Of a stretch of DNA of 64,000 bases, positions 38,796 to 48,296 are shown piece after piece. Made by a program: the position numbers and the translations under genes. The stretch is from a virus (taxonomy: Duplodnaviria > Caudoviricetes). The stretch lies in the IMG/VR virus record IMGVR_UViG_3300023213_000432, positions 263,424 through 327,423 of that record. The stretch is one strand, 5' to 3'. Under the pieces are notes generated by a model. That model saw nothing but the letters and a program-made list of their open reading frames with translations. It made no database searches and was not told where the DNA came from. How positions within the stretch are numbered: the first letter of the stretch is position 1; each line of letters begins with the position of its first letter.

Positions 38796-39485
38796 ATTCT
38801 TCGCCTAGTTTCAGTTGGTAATTCACTTCCAGCTAGTTTCATCTGCGACCCATCTGCATCATTTCAACCCGGCATGGTAGCCGAACTTACCGTGATTGGT
38901 AATCAAACGATGGCCACTGTTTCTAATGGAACGGCACCATTAGGAATTATTGATGATATTCGCACCCGTTCTTTTACCAACGTTTCTTGGAACGAAACTA
39001 TTCTGGTTCCTGCCCAAGCGGTTCCAAATTCCAGTGGGCAACTAGTGACGCCAGTAGATATTAAAGCAGAGTTACGCCGTCCCAATATCGTCAAAAATAG
39101 CTTTAGCTCTACTGTTAAGGTGATGCTTAATCCGGTTAATGGCGTAATTACCTTTTTAGCAGGAACTCCGCTCAATGTGGATTTGACAGGAGCAGGACAA
39201 CCCAATGGTATTAAGGCAATCGTTAGTTATACTTATGAGGTGCCTAATATTCCGGGTGACGACAGCACGGTGGGAACAGGAAGGGTAACAGTATGGTATC
39301 AGAGAATGTTCGCCCAAACTAACCAGTTCGAATCAAATCAGGTATACCCTGTAAGAGCCAATTTATTCGTGAGTGAATTAGGATTTTTGACAACCAGAAA
39401 ACCAAGCCCAATTCATCCGGCTATAGCCATGGTAACGGCGAGCCCGAGCCCATTGAATCCATTATTAGAATTCCTGTTTTTTTGA
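38796..39485 (+). CDS. Putative head decoration-like protein, likely ATT start
   Basis: Frame is open upstream of ATG 38874; AAGGA sits 7 nt before ATT 38796; shares GxG[RK][VI]TxW and NxLFV..GxLT with gene 48297. Confidence 0.65.
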   Translation: MLRLVSVGNSLPASFICDPSASFQPGMVAELTVIGNQTMATVSNGTAPLGIIDDIRTRSFTNVSWNETILVPAQAVPNSSGQLVTPVDIKAELRRPNIVKNSFSSTVKVMLNPVNGVITFLAGTPLNVDLTGAGQPNGIKAIVSYTYEVPNIPGDDSTVGTGRVTVWYQRMFAQTNQFESNQVYPVRANLFVSELGFLTTRKPSPIHPAIAMVTASPSPLNPLLEFLFF

Positions 39486-39488
39486 TCT

Positions 39489-40373
39489 GTGCATAAAATT
39501 ATACTATCATTCAAAGTCATCCAAGACATTGTTAAAATGTATCATGATAGAATATCAACGATTAAGATTGGTAAAATTTTAGGATTTTCGCCCAAATTCA
39601 TTCAAAAAACTCTTAAAGAAAATGGTGTTCAACTTCGTAAGCTTTTTGAAATTAATCGCAAATGTTCAGTAAATGATCATTTGTTTGATGTTGTTGATAG
39701 CGAGGAAAAAGCATATTTCCTAGGCATGTTGTTTTCAGATGGCAATGTTTGCAAAAGTCCCACCAATAACGCAATTACTTTAAAATTAAACAAAAGAGAT
39801 CGCGACATTTTAACCCGTTTGTCTAATCTTGTGTTTGGCACTATAAGATTATACGAATCGAAAAGCGATGATAGCTTGATGTTAAAATTTTCAAGTCCTT
39901 TTCTCAAACAAAAACTAATCGAATTAGGATGTGTTCCTGCTAAATCGCTTGTTCTTAAGTTTCCTGAAATAGAGCCTAAATTATGGAGGCATTTTATTCG
40001 TGGCTATCTCGATGGAGATGGTTCTATTCCAAAGTGCAAAACTAAGTCCAAAACCAGATTTGATTATCATCTTACTATTGCTTCAACAGAACAATTTTGT
40101 CAAACTGTCAAGAATATCATATTAAACGCAACTGGTATCGAGGGCACGATTACAAAAGATAAAGAATCAGTTAATCGTGGCAATGAAATTACTTCAGTTC
40201 TTGCTTACAAAGGCAACCGTAGAGTAGAGAGAATTTTAGACTGGCTTTATGAGAATTCGCTGATTTTTATGGAACGAAAACATCAAAAATATCTAATGTT
40301 AAAAGATTGGATAGCCGACGTAGATAAAAGGTTCGGAAATCGCTATAAATTGCGATTATCGCCATCCGCATAA
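39489..40373 (+). CDS. Free-standing LAGLIDADG homing endonuclease with N-terminal HTH
   Basis: YFLGMLFSDG and FIRGYLDGDG. Confidence 0.88.
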   Translation: MHKIILSFKVIQDIVKMYHDRISTIKIGKILGFSPKFIQKTLKENGVQLRKLFEINRKCSVNDHLFDVVDSEEKAYFLGMLFSDGNVCKSPTNNAITLKLNKRDRDILTRLSNLVFGTIRLYESKSDDSLMLKFSSPFLKQKLIELGCVPAKSLVLKFPEIEPKLWRHFIRGYLDGDGSIPKCKTKSKTRFDYHLTIASTEQFCQTVKNIILNATGIEGTITKDKESVNRGNEITSVLAYKGNRRVERILDWLYENSLIFMERKHQKYLMLKDWIADVDKRFGNRYKLRLSPSA

Positions 40374-40381
40374 TCCTGCAT
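40370..40381 (+). promoter_or_regulatory. Candidate phage promoter motif
   Basis: ATAATCCTGCAT upstream of gene 40416. Confidence 0.55.
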
Positions 40382-40415
40382 TCTTTCGAACCCTTACCTT
40401 TGTCAAGGCATTTTC

Positions 40416-41552
40416 ATGACCTTAAAACACGCCCAATTTCAACAATCTCCTACCATGCGTTCTTACGTTAAGGCTGCTCAAGAAAAGGGCTGGATCAAAG
40501 AGGAACCGCTTATTAAGAAAGCCTCTCCTAATTTGCAAGCTGCCGCCTCTTTAACGGAAAATATCCTTAAACTGTGCCAAGGACTTCATCAAATTGGTGC
40601 TTCCAAATATGCTAAGGAACTGGAAACTCAGTTTGTTCAATATAAACAAGCTCAAACTGCATATGATGTTTCTGGAGAAAAAGGTGAAGATTTGGTGCAT
40701 GCGGCTCATCCCAAAGGAAGTCACAAACTGGAAAACGTAGATAGTGATGAAGCGGTGATTGAGACTATCTTGGATCAACATATTAAAACATTGGACAAGG
40801 TTGAGAAAATGCCTACTGGAAAATTATCTACCAGTGCGGAAATTATAGCGGCAGTGAAAGTGGTGTTGGCTCAAAGCTATGATGACGTCAGAAATTTATT
40901 GCAAAGCGCATATGCTAATGCCTATAAAGCTTACAACGTAGCTAAAACCGCGGGGAAATTATCTGGAGCCATTGTATTTGCACAAGAGGGCAATCTTTCT
41001 GATATGAGCGATATTGTTAAGAAACCCTCGGAATCAGTATCATTAAGCGACATTAACAAAGCAACCGCCTCCATCAAATTAATGCGTGGAGCATTTGAAC
41101 CTCATTTTAGAGGATGGGCTGGAATTCAAGATCCAGATGTGTGGCGCACGGTAGATTCTTATTTGACTGCGGCTACTAAAAATCTTGAAAGTGCAGCCGA
41201 AATGATTAAAAGATTGGTTGTTATTCCAATGAAACCCGAATCAATACGCGAACCCACTGTTACCATTAAACCAGTTACCGTGGGCGGACCAATTGATGAT
41301 ATTTTGACTGGTATTAGCGATCTAATAAAAGACTTAGAATCATACAAGTTGCTTGGTTTGGTGACTCGTAATCCGGCTGCTATGGGATGGATTCAAAAGG
41401 AACAAGAAGAATTGAAAGACTTTATGAACAGAGCTAATCAAGTCGAAGCGGCTCGAGCAGAAATGATGGCACCCGAATTGCAAAGAGAATTAGAAACTCA
41501 TAGAGGATGGGTGGCTCAATTTAGCGGTGCCTATATGAAAGGTGGCAAATAA
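40416..41552 (+). CDS. Putative internal head protein with AHP domain
   Basis: Shares the N-terminal YxKxAxEKGxI motif and AHP..PxG domain with gene 45049; several K-x-A motifs. Confidence 0.7.
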   Translation: MTLKHAQFQQSPTMRSYVKAAQEKGWIKEEPLIKKASPNLQAAASLTENILKLCQGLHQIGASKYAKELETQFVQYKQAQTAYDVSGEKGEDLVHAAHPKGSHKLENVDSDEAVIETILDQHIKTLDKVEKMPTGKLSTSAEIIAAVKVVLAQSYDDVRNLLQSAYANAYKAYNVAKTAGKLSGAIVFAQEGNLSDMSDIVKKPSESVSLSDINKATASIKLMRGAFEPHFRGWAGIQDPDVWRTVDSYLTAATKNLESAAEMIKRLVVIPMKPESIREPTVTIKPVTVGGPIDDILTGISDLIKDLESYKLLGLVTRNPAAMGWIQKEQEELKDFMNRANQVEAARAEMMAPELQRELETHRGWVAQFSGAYMKGGK

Positions 41553-42463
41553 TGCCAGCGCCTTCTCCGACCGAAATGGGTGTGGTACCAGCTGCCATTA
41601 GTGTTCCATCTACTGTTAAGACACCTTCAACTGCTGCTCTTCCTGCTGTTCGAGAAATGCAAATTACCATGCAAGAATTAGCAGATGCTATTGGTCGGGA
41701 CGTTTCTGCAAAAACTATGCCCAAGCGCCCTGAAAAAGTGGCACCCGGCGAAGCACCTCCAGCAGTGGCAGGTGCCAAACAAGCCTTCAACAAGTTCGTG
41801 GTAGAGTTGCATGCTGGGACTTTGCCACCCGAAGAAGCGCATGACGTAGATGAGATCATGCAAACGTTGCAAACTCTCAAGTCTGGAACCCAAACCTTTA
41901 AAGCCAGTGGAATTTGGGACACTCACAATCCACAAAGTCTTACCACTCAAGCATTAAGACACATTGTTGCTTTCATTGGTGGTTTGATTAACTTGGAAGA
42001 GGCTGGAATTGCCGGAAAACAAACCTATTATACTAAAACCCAATGGCAGAATTTGAAAGAGATTTTGGATCGTTTGGCTACTGAAGCAATCACGCTATCC
42101 AACAAAGAAAAAGAAGCATTGGCGGCTTCCATCACTACTCATCTCAAAGGCATGCTTAAACTCTATACTTATTATTTTAGAGATCAGGTATTAGCTAGCC
42201 CTTCTTTCCGTCAATTGGTTGAAGGGGGCGCTTACTTCGAGGCATATGACGTTCCTATTACAGATGTGGAGAAACAACTAATTGATGAAGGCGCTAGTGT
42301 GTCCTTAAAAATACCCGGCGTTCCTAGAGATCAAATTATGTTTCCGCTGCGAGTTCTCCAAGATCCGAGTTCTTTTACCTCTTTCTTGCAAAGAGTTGGA
42401 TTTGAAGGGGAACCAGCCAAGGCATTAACATCTATTAAAAAACAACTGGGGATGACTAGATGA
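41552..42463 (+). CDS. Hypothetical protein
   Basis: 303 aa, coupled operon. Confidence 0.7.
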   Translation: MPAPSPTEMGVVPAAISVPSTVKTPSTAALPAVREMQITMQELADAIGRDVSAKTMPKRPEKVAPGEAPPAVAGAKQAFNKFVVELHAGTLPPEEAHDVDEIMQTLQTLKSGTQTFKASGIWDTHNPQSLTTQALRHIVAFIGGLINLEEAGIAGKQTYYTKTQWQNLKEILDRLATEAITLSNKEKEALAASITTHLKGMLKLYTYYFRDQVLASPSFRQLVEGGAYFEAYDVPITDVEKQLIDEGASVSLKIPGVPRDQIMFPLRVLQDPSSFTSFLQRVGFEGEPAKALTSIKKQLGMTR

Positions 42464-43989
42464 ATTCTATCTTTCAAGATCCACAACTCCTCAACACGTT
42501 TTTCGAGATTGTTAAGAAAGGACAAGAAGCAGCGTCGGTAGCTCCACCCGATGTTCAAGGATTAGCTCGGAAACTGATTCTTAATTTGAGCCGAAATATG
42601 GAAGGCGGGTTATCCACAATTACCTCTGAGGCAGGAACTGCAACTTCCGCTATCAGCATTCCAACTCTTAGCAATCTCAACTCTTTATTGAAGCACTTAG
42701 TAGATACTAAGATTGTGGTAGACGGCAAACGAGTAGCTTATGTCGAATCAGAATATGGTCCGTTGGATGAATCTGAAAAAAGATTATTAAGCACTATGAC
42801 TGGCGACACTCTTCGTGAAGCAGATAATCGAATGGTGGGCGTGGATTATTTTGTCAATGTTCCGATGTTAGTGGATTACTTACAACATCTACAAGCCAGA
42901 GGAATGAAAGACGAGGAAACGGGACAAGTTCAACGGGGTAAATTGCTTCAAGTGATGACTAACAATCTTCTCCAAAAAGTGAAACGGGCCGAACCGGAAG
43001 CGGAAATAACTCCTCCCAAAGCCGCCCCGCCTAAGATTGCACCACTTTCAGATGAAACTAAAGTGGATAGTTTTGGGATCAAGATTTTTGATGAACGCAA
43101 TCCCTTTGAAGAGGCAGGTATTCCTCCACTTTCCGAAGGGTTGCCATTAACTTTGAAAGATCTCAAATCTTATGCGGCTTTGGATGCATGGCTTCGTCAA
43201 GCTCCCGTTTCTTATACGGTATCCTATGATGCTCAAGGCAAGAGAGCCGCTCATGAATATGGCACCGAAGGTTCCAATCCTTGTACCATAATAGCGTCTC
43301 TTTATAAACGCTCTACGGAACGCCAACGACAAGCTACCACTCCAGAAGAAAAACAAGCGGCGACTGCTTATGCGCAACGAGTGCAAGATCTTGGTCCAGC
43401 CTTTACTGGTCCAGATGGAAAACCATGCACCGTTGAAGTAACTGCAGTAGAGCCTGTCAAAACAGAAGAGCCAGTAGGTGAAAAAGCCATAGAAGTATCA
43501 ATATTCGAGAGTTTGCGACGTCTGCCTTTGGAAAGTGGTCGTCTTAACTTTAATAAGATTCGAGAATTTTTTGAGGCTGTTCGTATTCTTCCAGCAATTT
43601 CTAAAGGAGCAGCCATGACTAATATGGCTCAAGCCGAAGAATCAATGAAAGCCACTTCTAACTTGACTACTGCCGGAGAAACTATTTTTAATTTGGGGAC
43701 ACCCATTCCTCAGCTAATGGAAATGTTGAAAGATCCGCAAACGGGACAAAAGTCTCGATTGCCGGGGCGTCATTTTTGGATGTTACTACAAGCATTATAT
43801 CAGGTGCTTAATAACATCCATCAAGTGATTGAATATTTTTATAGTTCTTATCCAGAAATAATTAATAAACGTGGCGGGAAAGAACTCATCCTGAATCAGA
43901 TTGGACGAACTCCATCCGACGACTCTTTATATCAACAAAATTTCCGTGCTCTTTCTGAGTGGAGATCTCAAGTTACTGCGAGGGCTTAA
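42460..43989 (+). CDS. Hypothetical protein
   Basis: 509 aa, coupled operon. Confidence 0.7.
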   Translation: MNSIFQDPQLLNTFFEIVKKGQEAASVAPPDVQGLARKLILNLSRNMEGGLSTITSEAGTATSAISIPTLSNLNSLLKHLVDTKIVVDGKRVAYVESEYGPLDESEKRLLSTMTGDTLREADNRMVGVDYFVNVPMLVDYLQHLQARGMKDEETGQVQRGKLLQVMTNNLLQKVKRAEPEAEITPPKAAPPKIAPLSDETKVDSFGIKIFDERNPFEEAGIPPLSEGLPLTLKDLKSYAALDAWLRQAPVSYTVSYDAQGKRAAHEYGTEGSNPCTIIASLYKRSTERQRQATTPEEKQAATAYAQRVQDLGPAFTGPDGKPCTVEVTAVEPVKTEEPVGEKAIEVSIFESLRRLPLESGRLNFNKIREFFEAVRILPAISKGAAMTNMAQAEESMKATSNLTTAGETIFNLGTPIPQLMEMLKDPQTGQKSRLPGRHFWMLLQALYQVLNNIHQVIEYFYSSYPEIINKRGGKELILNQIGRTPSDDSLYQQNFRALSEWRSQVTARA

Positions 43990-45030
43990 ATGAATTCAGA
44001 ACTCGCTTTTCATGTCGAGACTCGAATAGCAGAGATATTGTTGTCAGACAACTCACTTCATAAAGTCGGAACTGATGGGACAGTAAGTTCTTTGACAGAT
44101 AAAGTTAAAGACTATGTCATGCACCATATTGATAAAGATGATGTAGTAGGCAGCTTAGTTAATATCTTGGCACCGGGTGTATTATCTATGGCTATCGGTG
44201 GTTGGTTTGGTATTTTACTCGGATTAGCTTTGCGAGTTTTTAATGTAGATATTTATAGTATATTCACTTCTATTTGGTCATCGTTGAAGCCATCTCTTTC
44301 AGGAGACCAAAAAGTTAGCTCTCAACAAGTGGATCAAATTGTTCATGGAGCCGTAAGAGAACATGCGGGTGCTTCTGCTACTGCTTCTTGGCAAGATATT
44401 AGAATGTTAAAGTTAGCTATGATAGAGTATGATGCTCATGTTCGCAACATCAAGCAAGCTCGTCGTTCAACATTAGATGATTTCTCTCGACTTTTAGGAG
44501 GATCAAGATATGGAAGAGGCGCGGCGTTCGTAGATTTATTGGGTAAAGTATTAAGTTGGGTATTCAAAGTAGCTTTAGCTTCGGCTGGATTAATGGTAGC
44601 AGGAGATGTGGTTAACAAGATTTTACACCGTCCCAGCGCTTTGGATGATACCATTCAAAAAGGTAAGCCCACGGATCCAGAGATCTCTGCTCCTCCTTGC
44701 GCATCCACTCAAACTAAGTTCAAAGTTAATCCCAGCTACCACGAAGAGAATTACAATACTAAAGAATCCGATTGGACTGAGCGAGCCCCAAACACGCAAA
44801 GCGGAATTGTCAATATGTTGATTAATTTTGCTAAGGAAGTATATCAAGGATTGGATACCCTAGATTCTCAAATTAAAACCTCTTCCACTTTTCAGACTTT
44901 GGTCAATGAGATTGCTTGGTATAATCATGCTTCCGCCGGGGATCCCATTGTTTTTCTTCCAACAAACTTCAAGTCCAAAAAAATGGTGGTAGATTGTTTT
45001 ATCGATGAAGTAGCTAAAAAGACACCATAA
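43990..45030 (+). CDS. Hypothetical protein with hydrophobic helices (possible ejection/membrane-pore protein)
   Basis: LVNILAPGVLSMAIGGWFGILLGLALRVF and VLSWVFKVALASAGLMVAG segments. Confidence 0.65.
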   Translation: MNSELAFHVETRIAEILLSDNSLHKVGTDGTVSSLTDKVKDYVMHHIDKDDVVGSLVNILAPGVLSMAIGGWFGILLGLALRVFNVDIYSIFTSIWSSLKPSLSGDQKVSSQQVDQIVHGAVREHAGASATASWQDIRMLKLAMIEYDAHVRNIKQARRSTLDDFSRLLGGSRYGRGAAFVDLLGKVLSWVFKVALASAGLMVAGDVVNKILHRPSALDDTIQKGKPTDPEISAPPCASTQTKFKVNPSYHEENYNTKESDWTERAPNTQSGIVNMLINFAKEVYQGLDTLDSQIKTSSTFQTLVNEIAWYNHASAGDPIVFLPTNFKSKKMVVDCFIDEVAKKTP

Positions 45031-45048
45031 AATCGCATAGAAATACCC

Positions 45049-46287
45049 ATGAAAAACAGCGAAATATTCAACGAATTTTACAAGATCGCCGAAGAAAAAG
45101 GAATGATTCCTTTGGATGCCCCGGATAAAGCCAAAGAACAACTAGATAAATCGCCTCGTTGGGATTCTATGGATATTGATACTATTGCCGCTCTTTATGG
45201 TGTCAAACCCGATCTTCCCAAAGAAAATCAATACTCTCGCAATATTATCGAAGATGCCCATCCTAATTCTTGCATTCTTTCTCCTGCCCACGATAAACTT
45301 AATGGTCTGGTGGAGAATCAGAATGAACAACAAGCTATTATTATGCACATCATTCAAAGAACTCCGGATGGATTATCTTCTCATCGCAAATATGCAGAGC
45401 AGAATCTAATTCTTTCTTTGGTTCGTATTGCTAACGATTTGGATAATCAAGACCAAGATGAATTAAGAAAATTAGCGGATGCTTGTTTGCATCAAGTAAA
45501 CAAAACTGTGCCACTCAAAAAGGAGGCTTGGGTTGCTCCAGTGATCGGAATAGCTACGGCTTTATTGGGTATTTTATATGCTCAACAACATCTTCCATTT
45601 GTCAATGAGGGCTTTGAAAAAAATCATCAAAAACTGATTGCAGAAGTGGGCGATCTATTAACTGCTACGGCTAATTGGGGAGTAGGACATCAATATAAAC
45701 AGGGTTTTCTTGACATAATACGAGAATTTAAAGATCGTTTAATAGGGTTTTATGATACGTATCGTGTTAAAGTAGAACCTATCATTAAAGAGTTGGAACG
45801 GCCTAAAACTGGCGAAGAATTGATGAAAGCGGCTCAAAGGCCGGAATCTAATAGTATCATTGAGACATACAATGCAGTGGTGAAAGCAGCCACTGATATT
45901 GAAAGTTACATTGATAAAATCGCGCAAGATTTTCGTTCAGATACTTATAAAGTTCGACAAATTGAAGAAACCGGATTCTTGACCGGATTGGTGGAAAAAA
46001 CGCACATTTTTTTGGGTGGTAAAGGATTAATCGCGGATGATTTTGATGATGTGATTCGTGCCATTGACCCTTATAAAAAATCAATTGATGATATTCTTAA
46101 TATTTTTAAGGGCGCCAAATCAATAGAAAATTCAGCTAAAGAAGATTTGGCTAAAATATCGAAGCGTGAAGAAATGAAACCGGAAATTTCACCAACACCT
46201 GAACCACGTGGTGTTCCTGCTCCAGAGGAAGAAGTGACAGAAGAAGGAGTGGCAGAATTAGCGAAGGAATTAGGGTTGGAAGCGTGA
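45049..46287 (+). CDS. Putative internal head protein with AHP domain and one hydrophobic helix
   Basis: IIEDAHP..PDGL; helical hairpin; LKKEA followed by WVAPVIGIATALLGILYA. Confidence 0.7.
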   Translation: MKNSEIFNEFYKIAEEKGMIPLDAPDKAKEQLDKSPRWDSMDIDTIAALYGVKPDLPKENQYSRNIIEDAHPNSCILSPAHDKLNGLVENQNEQQAIIMHIIQRTPDGLSSHRKYAEQNLILSLVRIANDLDNQDQDELRKLADACLHQVNKTVPLKKEAWVAPVIGIATALLGILYAQQHLPFVNEGFEKNHQKLIAEVGDLLTATANWGVGHQYKQGFLDIIREFKDRLIGFYDTYRVKVEPIIKELERPKTGEELMKAAQRPESNSIIETYNAVVKAATDIESYIDKIAQDFRSDTYKVRQIEETGFLTGLVEKTHIFLGGKGLIADDFDDVIRAIDPYKKSIDDILNIFKGAKSIENSAKEDLAKISKREEMKPEISPTPEPRGVPAPEEEVTEEGVAELAKELGLEA

Positions 46288-47232
46288 GTGTTTGATAGTC
46301 AAACAATCCACCCATTTATAAAATTCATCTAGTGTTAGATTATTTTTAGCGGAATTACAATATTTGCAACTTGGCACCACGTTGTTGTAATAGTGTGGAA
46401 GAGCATTGTCGATACGATCTAAACCGTTGTAGATGAAGGTGCCGGTAGCATAAGCAGAAGATCGCTTATCATATCGATTTCGTTTGTTGAATGGCTCGCC
46501 TCCACAATAAAAGCACGGCATTTGGGTAAGTTGAAAAAATTGTTCTAAGATCAAATTGCCGGGACGATCATTTTGATAAATATCAAAGGCGCTCTTAATG
46601 GAACCTATAAGAGCATAATTGTTTTTATCATATAGTAATGATACATCAATTTTCATGGACACGTCTCGATACTCTTGTGGTATTAATCTTTGATGATGTA
46701 TCAAAGCAAATATGTATTGCTGAAATTTCTCTAATGAGCGATCCAATTTGGCTCTATTACAAATCAAACAAGCGGGTACAACGTTGTCTATTATGTGTCC
46801 TTTGGAAGAGTCGAGACGATCGATGGTGTTATAAGTGAATTCTTGAGTATCTTTCCGTTTTGCAAAACATTTAAGATTTGGTGCAGCGCCGCAATAAAAG
46901 CAATTTTCTTGGCACATCTTTAAAAAAAATTCGAATGGTAGTTCAGAATATCTATTTTTTCGTTTCCAAACAAGACGAGCAGCCGCCTCTAATGGTGGAT
47001 ATTTGGGCTCGCTGAACGGAACCAGATGCGGAGCTTCTAGTTTGAGACATCCGCAAGATTGAGTTTTGCCAGTGGTAAGCGAATATCCTCGTATAATCAC
47101 ACACTTACCACATTTACACAGACATTTCCAATAAGCGGCAGTATCGTTTTTTCGAGTACCCGGATTTGGTGCTCTTTCAATAACGGTTAATCGCCCAAAA
47201 GATTGACCAATGAGATCATTTAATGGCTTCAT
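46270..47232 (-). CDS. His-Me finger (HNH-like) endonuclease-family protein, two domains
   Basis: GQSFGRLTVI..WKCLCKCG..SCGC N-domain; two CxYCG..YNx[IL]DRxD..H..NVVPxCxxCNxAK domains. Confidence 0.8.
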   Translation of the reverse strand: MKPLNDLIGQSFGRLTVIERAPNPGTRKNDTAAYWKCLCKCGKCVIIRGYSLTTGKTQSCGCLKLEAPHLVPFSEPKYPPLEAAARLVWKRKNRYSELPFEFFLKMCQENCFYCGAAPNLKCFAKRKDTQEFTYNTIDRLDSSKGHIIDNVVPACLICNRAKLDRSLEKFQQYIFALIHHQRLIPQEYRDVSMKIDVSLLYDKNNYALIGSIKSAFDIYQNDRPGNLILEQFFQLTQMPCFYCGGEPFNKRNRYDKRSSAYATGTFIYNGLDRIDNALPHYYNNVVPSCKYCNSAKNNLTLDEFYKWVDCLTIKHSRFQP

Positions 47233-48194
47233 TGGTTCGAATTTAAATGGTTAAATACTTTAATAATCCATCCTTTGAATTCTTCTATATTCATAATGTT
47301 TTTAGCCACATTGCATATTTTGCAGCATGGCACAATGTTATCCTCTGCATGATTTCTGGTAGAATTAAGGCGATCTAATCCATTATAGATAAAAGTTGCG
47401 TTTTGTGCCCAATCAAATGAGACACGTTTATCTTTACGTCCTTGTTTGGTTAGATATCTATTAAGAGAATTACTTGGCAAACGCCCACAATAATAGCATT
47501 CGTTTTGAGATAATTTTAGAAAAGTTTCAAAAGAACATCCGTCAGCATATTCTTTTCTCCATACAGTTTTAGCAGATGATAATATGGGCGCTTTTATTTG
47601 TCCAAGAGGATTTGACTGTATAATTTTGATTTGGGTGTTGAGAATAGAGTGGTTATGAACTTGGATAATCCATTCTCGAAATGTTTTAAGTGGCATGTCA
47701 AGCTTTGCTTTGTTGCAAACAAAACAGCAGGGAACAATATTGTTTAGGGTATGGCGCTGCAAAGGATCAATACGGTCTAATCCATTATAGATGAAATTAG
47801 CCTGATTAGCCCATTCTGGAACAATACCGTGCTTGATTTTTTTCTTTTTAGTAAGATAACGATTGTATGAATTAGATGGTGATGACCCACAATAATAGCA
47901 AGATTCCTGCGACAATTGAAGAAAATCGGTAAAAGAAATATCATTGTCAGCGTAAAAGCGCCAAATTGCTTTTGCGGACACTAATGTTGGATTATGATAT
48001 TGTCTTCTGGTTTTGCTATAAACGCACCCACAACTTATGGTTTTACCGGATTTAAAACTGTCCGTTCTAATTTGAATAGTTGTCCCACATTCGCACTGAC
48101 ACCAATAATAAGAATGCTTGTTTTTCGTGTGACTATGTTTAATAACCGTCAATTTACCGAATTTTTGACCATTAATATTAATAGTTTTAGGCAT
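47229..48194 (-). CDS. His-Me finger (HNH-like) endonuclease-family protein, two domains
   Basis: Same architecture as 46270; ATGA-coupled paralog. Confidence 0.8.
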   Translation of the reverse strand: MPKTININGQKFGKLTVIKHSHTKNKHSYYWCQCECGTTIQIRTDSFKSGKTISCGCVYSKTRRQYHNPTLVSAKAIWRFYADNDISFTDFLQLSQESCYYCGSSPSNSYNRYLTKKKKIKHGIVPEWANQANFIYNGLDRIDPLQRHTLNNIVPCCFVCNKAKLDMPLKTFREWIIQVHNHSILNTQIKIIQSNPLGQIKAPILSSAKTVWRKEYADGCSFETFLKLSQNECYYCGRLPSNSLNRYLTKQGRKDKRVSFDWAQNATFIYNGLDRLNSTRNHAEDNIVPCCKICNVAKNIMNIEEFKGWIIKVFNHLNSNQ

Positions 48195-48296
48195 GCTTTT
48201 TTTTCTTCAAATCTGTCAATAACAACATATAACAGCATAGTAAGATAAGATGTAAGTTAGCCGCTGTAATACAGCGCATTTTTATAGGAAACTAAA

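Noticed and set aside
37273-40373. Group I intron hosting the LAGLIDADG genes
   Set aside because: Flanking genes appear complete, there is no room for intron core structure, and one ORF is antisense.
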